Below, one piece after another: positions 1 through 12,700 of a stretch of 64,000 nucleotides of DNA. This DNA is from Antedon mediterranea (lineage: Eukaryota > Animalia > Echinodermata). The first letter of the stretch is position 1; every line of letters begins with the position of its first letter. The stretch lies in contig NC_092672.1 in the NCBI RefSeq assembly GCF_964355755.1, forward strand, positions 5,766,001-5,830,000, written 5' to 3'. The notes below the pieces were generated by a model. The model had not been told where the DNA came from. It saw only the letters and a list, made by a program, of their open reading frames with translations, and did not search any database. The translations under genes and the position numbers were made by a program.

Positions 1-721
1 AGGGCTTTTATGTATAATCTAAAGGTTTTTACAAATTTTTTTTTTGTGTGCATGTTTTGATTCTGTAATGTAACTATATACATTTTTTTCTCAAACCGGA
101 TTCAAGTTTAGTATGAATCTAGCATGGCGCGGAGTTGCTAAACACAGAAGCAATTTAAATGTGAAACAGTTTGCACCCAAACGCTCAAAAAGCACTATGC
201 GCAACGTCCGAGAACAACTATGTACTTGAAATCTCCATTGCACAAAAAAGTTCAAGAAAACAAAGAAAAGACGAGGCAAATGGCTAAAAACCCATGTACT
301 CAAAGGCAAAGACTCTAAACACACAAAAGCCTCTAAAAGCACCATCCAAATCCTAAACATTGCCTATAACAACAAAGTATAGTCGTTATCTCGGGACTAT
401 TCATTCTATAGTCACCACCAGGTAAGCTTTCTTCATCAACGCTTTTATGAATGGATGACTAGTGAGAGCAGGAACGCTAGTAGACCAAACCCAGTACCGT
501 TTTGATTACGATCATTCAAGAAACTACCCCATGATATTACTTTCAACGTATATGGAATTTGTTCATACTTCTCTTCTTAGTAAACAAACATTTAGAAAAA
601 GTATTTCCAAAAGGAAGTTATTCTGTTGTGGCGTATTTATAAAGCAATCACAAAATAGACAATGTGATATAGAACCAACAACAGAGTATTGATAATGTAG
701 ATAGCAAAGTATGTTACTTAC

Positions 722-773
722 ATTAATATTTAGTTCTACATTCTTCCATTGGCAAAATCTTGTGAACTTCTCA
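722..773 (-). CDS. GRK2: GRK2/3 exon 7
   Basis: gacag|[17 protein letters not shown]|gtaagt, 52 nt. Confidence 0.95.
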
Positions 774-3700
774 CTGTCAAAAAAAAATTGTTTTGTTAAT
801 GGAAAGTAAATATCGCCTTTAAATCTGCCTTGAAAATTCATATTTTTCTTTCAAATTAAGCTCTCTCATACACTGCGCCTTTGGTCACTTACTGCTGGAA
901 TTTACGCATTACAAATTCGTATTACAACCTTTAATGTTAAATATAGTATTTATACTGGAGAGGTACGCAATAAATTGCAATGTACCACTTTAGCATTAGG
1001 CACCCATAAGCGTATGAATGGTGCAAATGGCCAAACACTAGAGAAACCATCTAAAGACAACTAAAATACAGTTCCATCCATCAAATGAGAGTGCCTACTA
1101 TGAAATTTGTAGCCAAAACTATTATTCTTAAGATTTTGAAACAAAACACATTTAAAAACATACGCGATTGCTAGGTAACTATTGAACAAGAGAAGTTATT
1201 GACAATCAATCAGTATATAATCCAATTAACATAATATGTGTCATGAATATTAGCATATAATTAAAGTTAATATTGACATAGTATAATAGATATGTGTGCA
1301 TACACATATGGTATAGAGTATTTTCTTGGAGAATTCTTAAATTTTAACATGTTGCTAACTGCCATATACCTAGTTTTACCCTGAAGTGTGTGGGTTCACT
1401 AATCCTAAATGAAATATGTCGATCAAATTTTCATACTAGTATTCAAATTAGGTTTAGTATATACTCCAGTGACCTACTTACTGTACATTAAAAAAATTAC
1501 ACAAATTGTTCAGTTTTACTATATCCAATAAAAATAACAAAACTTACAAAAGGATGTGTTTAAAACAAGAAAACATAGGCTTTTTCATACCATTTTGTTC
1601 CTTTATAATACAAATTATTTTGTTCCTTTATAATAAAAATTTTTTTTTTAAATAAATTTTATATTCTAACATGTTGACATGTATGGATCTATACTCAAAA
1701 CAAAAATATTAAAAAATACTTTTAAAAGAAAAATTTTATATTTTAACATAAAATGTCAATCACTTAAATTTACTGGTATTCAAGTGGCCTACTTATACAT
1801 TCATCAACATAAAATGTTACTATATATAATAAAACTAAACAATGGGAACAAACAAAAATAGACGGCCTTTTTTTAAAAGGTTGAGACTATAAAACAATTA
1901 TAGAAGTAATGCCAATGCAAAAGCCATGCGTTAAATACGGTTACAAGACAGAGAAAAAAAAATTATAACAATATACAGTTTAATTTTAAACCAAAGAGAT
2001 GACTTATTTATCCATCCAAGTTAATTAAGAATTGATTAAATATATTAACTTGTTTTTAGAACAATAATTCTATAGTTAATGTTACTCCAGTGACGTCTTG
2101 GCAGAAAACGTATTTTGTATTTGTTGAAAATTGTATGTTCAAAATTATAATTTTGTTTCTTTAAAGATATATTGTCCCAAAAACATGAAAAATGAAGATT
2201 AATTAAATCAGACTTTTAATATGTTATTTTGTAGTTTTAATAAAGTTAATCACTTCCATTGAAAAAAAAATGAAAACAAATTATGTTTTCACCTATAAAT
2301 GGACAAACTAAATGGTTAAATTCAACCAAAAACCCACTAGCTGGCAGCCAATTTGGCAATTTTTTGCTATAAATTACAGTTTTTTCAGGTAAATACATTT
2401 TTTTTCTCGAACCAATTTTTGGTCAAAGTGGATAACTATTATGTTGCATTAAAATGGCATATTCAACAACAATACATCTTTAATACAATTGTACATACTG
2501 TCCCAAACTAGTTGGCTAGCATGGCCATGGAATATTGCCAATATTAACAAATTGTATGTACTTCTTACCTCTCCAGGAATCTCTTGAAAATATCTCCACG
2601 TAGTGAATTGAGAATTTCGACAATATATGGCTAAAATAAAATAAACACACTTGTTATTTATCAAATTTATTTGGACCATATTTAAACTGAAATAATTGAG
2701 TATGTAGGTAGCTGGTATAACTGTTTTAGGTATTAGGCTAATCATCACTGACCATTGGCAGGAATAAAACCTAGAATATTTACGTTGGTAAGAAAAGCAA
2801 TAACGTTTGCCACCAAGAGGTACAGCTCCACAACTGTGGACATTGCTACAGTCACCAAGAGGTACAGCTCCACAACTGTGGACATTGCTACCAGTCACCA
2901 AGAGGTACAGCTCCACAACTGTGGACATTGCTACCAGTCACCAAGAGGTACAGCTCCACAACTGTGGACATTGCTACCAGTCACCAAGAGGTACAGCTCC
3001 ACAACTGTGGACATTGCTACCAGTCACCAAGAGGTACAGCTCCACAACTGTGGACATTGCTACCAGTCACCAAGAGGTACAGCTCCACAACTGTGGACAT
3101 TGCTACCAGTCACCAAGAGGTACAGCTCCACAACTGTGGACATTGCTACCAGTCACCAAGAGGTACAGCTCCACAACTGTGGACATTGCTACCAGTCACC
3201 AAGAGGTACAGCTCCACAACTGTGGGCATTGCTAACAGTCATAAAAATGTAGAGTGAATTTCTAACTCTGGGACCTACCTACCTGGACCAAACCTATGTT
3301 TACTTCAATTAGGTTTTAATACGTACATAACGTATTCACTTTCAGATTATAACTAACACTACAGATGAATATAAAATATGATCCTTAAATAGAAGAAGAC
3401 CGTATGATATTGGTCATGACTGTAGGTCAACTTTGGTCATTGCTTCCAGTCATAAAAATGTAGAGTGCATTCTAACTCCGGGACCTACCTCCAAATGGTA
3501 CCAAATCTATGTTTACTTTATATCAATTAGGCTTTCATACATATATAAAGCATTCACTTTGAGATTATAACTACCAGATGAATATAAAATATGATCATTA
3601 ATTAGAAGAAGTCTGTATGATAACAGCCATTACTGTACTTGAACATGTTTATAAACTTTAAATGTCTAAAATTCATGTAGCAATACTAAAGTGCATATAA

Positions 3701-6700
3701 TGTAAATATTGTAAGTACATCTCACCTCAAACAGATTTGACGGTACTTCACGTTTTGTCAATTTATGCCTGACAGATTCCACTGCTTCCTCTGAAAAGGG
3801 CTAAAAAAAGACAAATATTATATATATCTCAGGAAATATCGCTACAAGGCATGTTCCTGTAAAAACCAAGAGAAATATATGTTATATAACACTATTGCCA
3901 ATTACTGCATTTAGGGAAATGATGTGGGATCAGTTTATTAAGGTTGTACTTTGGGACACCCTTTGGTGACAACCACATTTAAAGGACTCATACTGTAGAT
4001 GACACTTTGATAGGTCCCAAAAGTGTCTCCTTAACAGGGGTTCTAGTAACAAATATTTAATAGGAACATTGTTGTCAATAGTAATATTCATATTAATATT
4101 TTTATAATAATTACAATGTACGGCGGAACAGCACTAGGTCTAGTCCCTTAATTGTACGCATGCAAACCAGAGATCAAATTGATACGCCCTCATCTATCAG
4201 TATTTTTATTCACAAAGCGAGATCTCCGGAGAGATACTTTTATATATAAACACAATAGGCATAGAAATTAATTCTAAACCGGCTGGAAATATACTGAAAT
4301 TTAATTAATTAATTTGTAGAGATAAGATGAGGAAATCTGTGAGATTTACTAACTAAACTATTTTAGCTATGTATTTAATTATTATAACACAAAATTAATT
4401 GTCATAATTCAATATTTACAGTGCCCTGTGAATTTGATTATATAATTAAACCTCACCCACACTGACTTGACTGTAGAATTGGGTCAAGCTTCATAAGAGT
4501 GGGTGTATAGTGTCTTAATTAAATTTTACACTTTATTTCAATGAAAAATCAATTGAGAATCACAAAAAAAGCATTTAAAGCTCTAAAATGTGTATATAAT
4601 TGGGTCAAGCAAGTTGATAACAAAACTATTAAAGGTTCATATGACGTCATATAGAGCACGTCATATTCAACTATTGTCAACCTATTATTCATTTAATACC
4701 AGATTAAATCTACAAATATACTATCAAAACCAACAATATTTGTTTAATAAAATGAATTTAATATTTCAAACCACAATAAAATGATATGTTATGTAGGTTT
4801 ATGGTACAGTTGAATGCCCTGTGATGAATATTAATTTGATAATAATAAATTAATTATTGCACAGTTTTATATTTTGTGGGTGCATTTTATTTCTTTGGCA
4901 TGCATTTTGTATTACTGTTTAGAACAGCTTTAAAGGACAACTAATTGAAATTACTTTGTGATTACCATCATTTATAAATTGTGATGTCATGGTGACACTG
5001 ATCAAAAAATTGTGAAATACCTAAAAATCCTACAATGTACACTCAGTTTTTGTATTATATATAGTTTATAGTAGAGTCCGAAATTAATTGTTCCCACTTA
5101 CAATATGTCAGATTTTTGGGCAGAAAAGAGTAAAATTACCGCTGCAAATTCACTCTTACTGATGGTTCACAACCATGTTAGAATAAGAAGTGGATTACCA
5201 GGATTTAAATTAATTGGCTTAGAACTTCATGTGAACAAGGCTAATTGTATTTATAAACCACCCACCAGCTATCAGATTAAATATGATCAACTTGAACATT
5301 ATCAAACTATACAACAATGTAAAGATCAGCCAATCAGTGTATTACCAATTAAGAATACATAATTGATAGAATTTCTACAGGGATTTTCTAAAACTGTCCA
5401 ACCCAATATGAATCTATACAGTAATATATTTAAAAGAAGAAACTTTTTTCCGAGGATATCCCTAACTAATGATGAGTAGAAAAATTAGTGAAGATGTTGA
5501 TGGAAATAGGTGGCAGGAAAAGTTAGGGGTGTTGACAGCATGGCGCATTTTGAATCATTCTGCACATCAAGACTTGTTAGGAGCAGTAGTTCAAATCTAA
5601 ACCTTCTCCAAACAAATTGTTATTGTTCATCCTAGCCTAATATAAACGGACATTAAAACAAACTTAATATCATGAATTAAGAATATACTAGTATCCAAAT
5701 TCATAGGTGAAAGAGGTGGGAAGATAGGTATCCAGCCTATAGGTCCTCAAAAAATACACCACTTTAATTTACAATTTTTAGAAACACGGAATGCCATAAT
5801 AGGCAACATCAAAATGCTCTCACTTTGACCTCCTTAAGTCTACTTAAAGAGAAATTATGATAATTGAATTGCCTAGTTGGTCAATCAAATGCATCCCTCA
5901 GCTGGTTCTCGGCTTGACCGATGGGAACATTATCTGGTGAATCTTTGTGTTAAATGTTTGCTGATCAACCATGCTGATCTCCAATTAAACATGGAATATT
6001 TTCAGATGAGGAATCTACAATTGGTGGTGATATTTCTTGGGACTTTTTACTGTTACTATTATGATCATACTATGGCTTAATGAAAATAAACATATCATGG
6101 GGATTTAAAGGAGCGAAAGAACAGCCAGTCGACATTGTGCAATACAATTGTTGACGGGCTATGATTACGCTTCTATTAATCGCCTTAACTGTACGCTGTG
6201 CTTTGGACACATATCTCCAAAAACTGGACACAGTAGTTTCTCCAGTGTCCTGGATGTTTATATAACACCTAATTAACGAATTACAAAAAGTATTAGGGAA
6301 CTATGGTGTACAGGTTACCCAGACTATTAAACCAACTGTTTTTCAAACGCACTGCAAAATCTTCATATATTTAAATATTGCCATCCACCCATCTATCTTC
6401 TTAAGCTCTGTCTACACTATCAAACTAGTTTGACACAAAAAAAGTGTGATGTGCCCAAATATGGTAGTGATGCCTAAATATTGTAGTGATATGACATCTT
6501 CATGTCCATATATGGACACATCACATTTTGTTGTAACAAAGTTTGATAGTGTAGACAGAGCTTTTCACAATGCAATTTAAATTATAACATGGAAGAATTA
6601 TTTAAATAATACTACTACTACTAAAATGATTATACTACTGTATCTACTGTACACTGTGGCCTTTATATATTACTATCAAATAACAAATCTAAAATTGATA

Positions 6701-9700
6701 TTATAATTTTGTATCAAATAAAAATATCAAAATTATACATTAGTCACCATGATTCGATCGGAGTAAGACGCTTACACAACGAGCTCCTGAAACGCACTAC
6801 TTAGCATACTAATTTTCTCTAGGCCAATCACGACAAGCCATGTCACGATCTACACGAGCAAATACCAAGCCCGCTGAATTCGAAAGCGAAGACCAGCTAT
6901 CGTTTGAATCGTTTGTTAAAAAAAAACTTGAATCGATTTTAAAAGGCCAAGAATCTAATAAAGCTGAGCTTTACGAAGCAATATCGTTTAATTCTGCTAG
7001 AATAGATGCCCTTGAAGATGAAAACAAGGAATTAAAAACGACTGTCACAGAGCTGACAACAACAGTTGCTAATTTACAAGGTAGTACAACTGACCTGTTG
7101 GCAAAAATTAACAAGACGGAACGCTTTTCTCGTCGTAATAACGTAAGAATTGTTGGTGTGGAAGAGAACACAAAAGAAAACTGTAAGTTAATCTTTGAGA
7201 ACATTCTTTCCGATTTTTTCACACTCGATCCCAGGCCAACAATCGAACGGGCCCACCGAGATGGTAAAAGTATGAACGGCAAGCCAAGGCATATCATTGC
7301 CCGTTTTCTCTCATACGCTTCTAAGATTGAAGTTATGAAACAACGAAGTTCTGCGCTAGATAGCCAGAAATTTTATATCATAGATGATCTTACTGCTGCC
7401 GATCTACTGGAAAAAAAGAAATGGAGATCACAAGTAAAAGAGATGTACAATAAAGGTACCAAGCTTCGTTTTACGGCTGGAAAATGGCGAACTTCAACTG
7501 GCATTCCGGTAAACTTTTCGAAATTCCATTGAAATAGTTCCGGTAAACTTTTCGAAATTCCATTGCCATACTAGTGATCGGAATGTTGTTGTAAACACTT
7601 GGACTGTCTAAGAAGCATTTCTTCTTTACAAATTCAATCCATTATTAAATTTTACAACAGACTAAGAATCTTTTATCCATTATTTTCCTTACATCTGCAT
7701 ACTTTGCTTAATTTGTATAAGCCTCTTGATTGATTTTACATAATAATTTTACAATAGCGTTTTCAGGAGTCTGTTCTCACATAATTGCATTGTCATAAGA
7801 TGTTTAAACCACTTAAAACCATTTATTCACCTTTGTTTTATTGTTACCCCCCAATTCTTAACTTGTTTCTTTATATTTACGTTCTTGTACTTTTCTGTTT
7901 TTACGTAACATTACCAGGCATCTTTTATTACATACTATTGAATAAACTGATCACATTATGTATCGTTAGATATTCTCATGGACCCTTTTGACAATATAGA
8001 TGCATTCCCATTTAATCACATTATTGATAATGATGAATTCTTGCATGTCATTCACTATTACTTTTGTGACGATAGAATTGACTTTGATAGATTTAATTCT
8101 TTAATTTTTAACCCTTTTGATATTAATTTTAAAGATGTTATTAATGACAACGATGCCCAATTATTTTCCGAAAATATTGAATCTTGTACCTATGAATATA
8201 TTGATAGTCTTAACAACAAATATTCAACCCAAGATTATTCATTTAGTATCTTTCACTTAAACGCACGCAGTCTTGTTAAACATTTTAACGATATCAATGT
8301 ATGCGTAGGTGCTATTAACCATGAATTCTCAGCACTATGCTTCACCGAAACTTTTTTTAATCATAATACGCCTTTTTCCTTTTATAATATTCCCAATTAT
8401 AACCTCTTGCATGTTTCACGAGCTGATAGACCAGGAGGAGGCGTTGCCATTTACCTACACCAGAGATTTAAATATATTCTTCGCCCTGATTTATCATTTA
8501 TCATTACTAATGGTTCGGAATCTCTTTTCATTGAAATCGATGCACAACCCAAAAACATAATCCTTGGAGTAGTATATCGTTTGCCTGAATTATCCATTAA
8601 CACATTTAATAAAGATATCTCTAATTTAATTGACACCATTAATAATGAGAAAAAAACAGCATATATTTCAGGAGACTTTAATATTAACTTGTTAAATTCC
8701 AAAACACATAAAGGTACTTCTGATTTTGTTAATACTTTATTTCAATCAAATTATTATCCTCTTATTACTAGGCCAACTAGAATTACGCGTAATTCTGCAA
8801 CTTTAATCGACAATATTTTTTGTAATAATCTATATGATAACATTTCTTCCGGAATTCTATATTCGGACATCTCGGATCACTTTCCTGTTTTCTTGTTAGT
8901 ACATAAATCAGAACCTCTCCAACACCTGAAACCTAAATCAAAATATATATACATAAAAAAAGTCAATGATATTTCAATTTCTGCCTTAAGTAATGATTTG
9001 TCAAATGTTGACTGGACTAGTATTTATAACTCCAATGAACCCAATGAGGCATACGCTTTATTCAACGACATATTTAGTACATTATATAATAACAACATTA
9101 AAACCACTCGTTCCAGACGCAATATTCGGAAAGAAAAAAAACCTTGGATAACTAAATGCTTAATTAAATCTATCGACAAAAAACACAAATTATATAAAAC
9201 ATTTCTTATATCTAAAAAGCAAAAGGACAAAGATAAATATGTTAAATATCGAAATGTACTTACCAAAATCCTTCGTACTGCCCAAAAGAATTACTTCAGT
9301 GACAAATTTGAATTCCATAAAAATAACATCCAAAAAACCTGGCAAACAATAAATGGAGTCCTTGGCAAGAAATCTCGTAAACCGTTTCCTTCTCACTTTA
9401 TTAACAATGACATTGAATTAAATAATCCTCAACAAATTGCAACTGAATTCAATAATTATTTTACTAGTATAGGGCCAAATTTAGTTAACAAAATACATGT
9501 GTCGGATAATGATAATTATACTTCTACCCTACCTCGTCCATGTGTGCACTCTCTCTTTCTTAGTCCTGTAACCGAACATGAAGTTGTCAGTATAATACTT
9601 TCCCTCAAAGATAATAAATCTCCTGGGTTTGATGGGTTTTCCAATAAAATTATTAAACGTGTTTCTAATTTTATATGCAAACCCTTAACTCACATTTTTA

Positions 9701-12700
9701 ATACTTCTTTTCAAACCGGTATTTTTCCTGATTCTTTTAAAATAGCTAAAGTCATCCCTATCTACAAGAAAGAAGATCCTCATCATTTCAATAACTACAG
9801 ACCAATCTCCCTACTTCCTTGTTTCTCAAAATTAATTGAAAAAATAATGCATAATCGAATTTCTTCCTTTTTAACTAAACATAACATTTTATTTAAAGGC
9901 CAATATGGTTTCAGGAAAAAGTATTCAACAGATCTTGCTTTATTAGATATTTTTGACAAAATTACAATTGCCCTGAGTAAAAATGAGTTTTCTGTTGGCA
10001 TTTTCCTTGATTTATCTAAGGCCTTCGATACTATTAACCACGATATTTTAATTCATAAACTTTCAAATTACGGTATCAGAGGCCTTCCTTTAAAACTAAT
10101 TAAAAGCTACCTTTCCAATCGTGTTCAGTTTACTTCCTTAAATAATTTTAACTCTTCCTATTCCCGTTTAACCTGTGGTGTTCCCCAAGGATCGATTCTT
10201 GGACCACTCTTATTCCTGATTTTTGTTAACGATATACCAAACAGCTCTAAATTACTAAATTTTATCTTATTTGCTGACGACACAAATATTTTTTTCTCTC
10301 ATCCTAAATTAAATACCTTGTTTAAAATTGTCAATGATGAGTTACTTAAAGTTTCAAATTGGCTCAAACACAATAAATTAACTCTTAATACATTCAAAAC
10401 GAACTATATAATATTTTCTAAACGTAAAATTTCAAATTCTTTAAATGAACAAATATACATTGATAATAAAATGATCAAACGAGTTAATGAAACCCAATTT
10501 TTAGGAGTAACCATAGATGCCTCTCTGACTTGGAAACTACATATAAATAAAATCAGTAATCTAGTTTCTAGAAATGTTGGAATATTGAACAAATTAAAAC
10601 ATATCTTCCCTCAAAAAACCTTATTAACCCTTTATAATACTTTAGTTTTGCCTTACCTTTCTTATGCCAATTTATGTTGGGCAATTACTCTAGATAAATT
10701 TAATACGTTATGCCCCTGGACAAGTCTAGAGAAAACTCAAATTGACCGCCTTTTTAAACTACAAAAACGTGCACTTCGGATTTGCGCGGGAGAATCATTT
10801 AGAGCCCATACAAAATTACTTTTTAAAAGATTTAACGTTTTAAACATTTATGATTTAAATAAATTACAAGTTGCCTCATTTATGTACCGTTTATCTAACA
10901 ATTTACTGCCTTCACATTTTAATGCTTTATTTACAAGAATTGACGAACGCCATTCCTATAAAACCCGATCCTCTGTTAACAATTATATCCTTGATAATTT
11001 AAATGTTAAGGCTCGACGATTTTCTATGTATTATTTTGGTCCCAAACTTTGGACTTCACTCTCAAATGAACTTAAACAGAAATCTTCCTTTTCTAGTTTT
11101 AAATCTAATTTCAAACACAAAATGGTGTCAGAATATGCTACATAAATTTTCGCCGATCTTTTATCCTTATTTATTTGGTGGTGATACATGGCATTAAATC
11201 CTTCACCCTGGTATTCAATAATCTCCGCTACATTGTATCGTTATACTTGTTATTATACCATATTTAATTATATTTCATATTGTACTCTAATTGTTATCAT
11301 TATCCCTTTTATCATATATTATATAATTGCCTGGTTTATCTTAACTTCTATAATTTAAATTTTTTTTTTATTTCTTTATTTTATGTACTTTCACTATTAT
11401 ATATTTATATTTTAGTCTACTCTGTAGCAATGTTAGTATACTTAGGCATACGGGAGTCACGACTTAAAGTTCAGTGAACTTACTGTGACTTCCATCCACC
11501 CACATTTAATATATGTTATGTTATGTAAATGTAAATGATATATATATATATATATATATAAGTGAGTGGAAAAAATAAATAAACGAAACGAAACGAAACG
11601 AATATAAACAAGTTTTTAAAAAACCTATAACCGATGTTGATTACTGTCTTTTGCAAGCGACTTCGAAATTCAATATATGGTTATTATAATTTAGCCGGAG
11701 AGAAAATCTTCTATGACTGAATATTATCACTACTTATTAAAGTATATAAATGTTTGATATGCCTCACTCAATAATCCTATCAATGTATTAGTAATAAAAA
11801 TATCTTATATCCCAACATCATCTTCTTAAACAATGAGTATTACAGAGGCAGTCAATGGGTTTTTGCATTAAATTTACTGGCATTAACTATATACAAAATG
11901 AAAAGAAACTCTCATTTCTTTGTCAGAAAAATTGTTTTTAAATCTAGGATGTGATACAAAATAATAATGAGTATAACTTTATCAGAGGCAGTCAGTGGGT
12001 TTTTGCATTGCATTTACTGGTATTAACTACATAAAAAATTGAAAGAAAATCTTATTTCTTTGTCAGAAAAAATGTATTTAAATCTAGGATGTGATATAAA
12101 ATAACATGTTTATTTATGCATACAAAGTTTCGCAGAAAACACTTGACATGAAATCATGTAGTCACTCAACAAATATGATTAAAATATGACAATAGCCATT
12201 TCATATTTAATGTTAACATTAATGTAAATATGTTTGCATTACACAGTTCAAGAATGTCAACATGCTCAAAATGGATTTAGACACAATAGGAACAAACGTA
12301 GTTACTCATCAATTGGTGAATATTTACAGGAAGTTGGAAACAAATATACCACTTCAACTTATAAATTGCCACATCTAATTATTTGACATCCTGTTGATGT
12401 CGTTGTCATAGCTACCACATAATTATATATTTCATCTTGTAATTTTTAAGAATTGATTATTGGGAAAAAAAATGCTCAAATAATTGTGCTTTAGAAAAAA
12501 AAAATACTGTATAATGAAATTTATTGCACTAAAAATTACAGAGAGTTCATGTTCATTTTAATGAGTTTACCATAAATTGCAAAACCGATGATTAATGAAT
12601 TTTATTCAGAAATAATTCATAATCATATCATTTTTTTTCTTAAATAATAACAGTCTTAGGCACTGATGAAATATTACTGAACAATACATTTTATTTCCAC

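Larger units (their letters stand above)
6760..11602 (+). mobile_element. Full-length non-LTR retrotransposon (CR1/L2 group, Crack-like), antisense within GRK intron 4
   Basis: Short 5' UTR, ORF1, 445-bp spacer, uninterrupted ORF2, 3' UTR with stem-loop, AATAAA and an (AAACG)4 tail. Confidence 0.93.

Noticed and set aside
2810-3240. CRISPR-like array with a palindromic repeat
   Set aside because: Units are contiguous with no unique spacers; eukaryotic intron; no cas genes
2449-3257. ORFs of 109-165 aa over the 43-bp array
   Set aside because: Artefacts of a stop-poor tandem repeat
6971-10592. Antisense and alternate-frame ORFs inside the LINE
   Set aside because: Short shadow ORFs of the real coding frames
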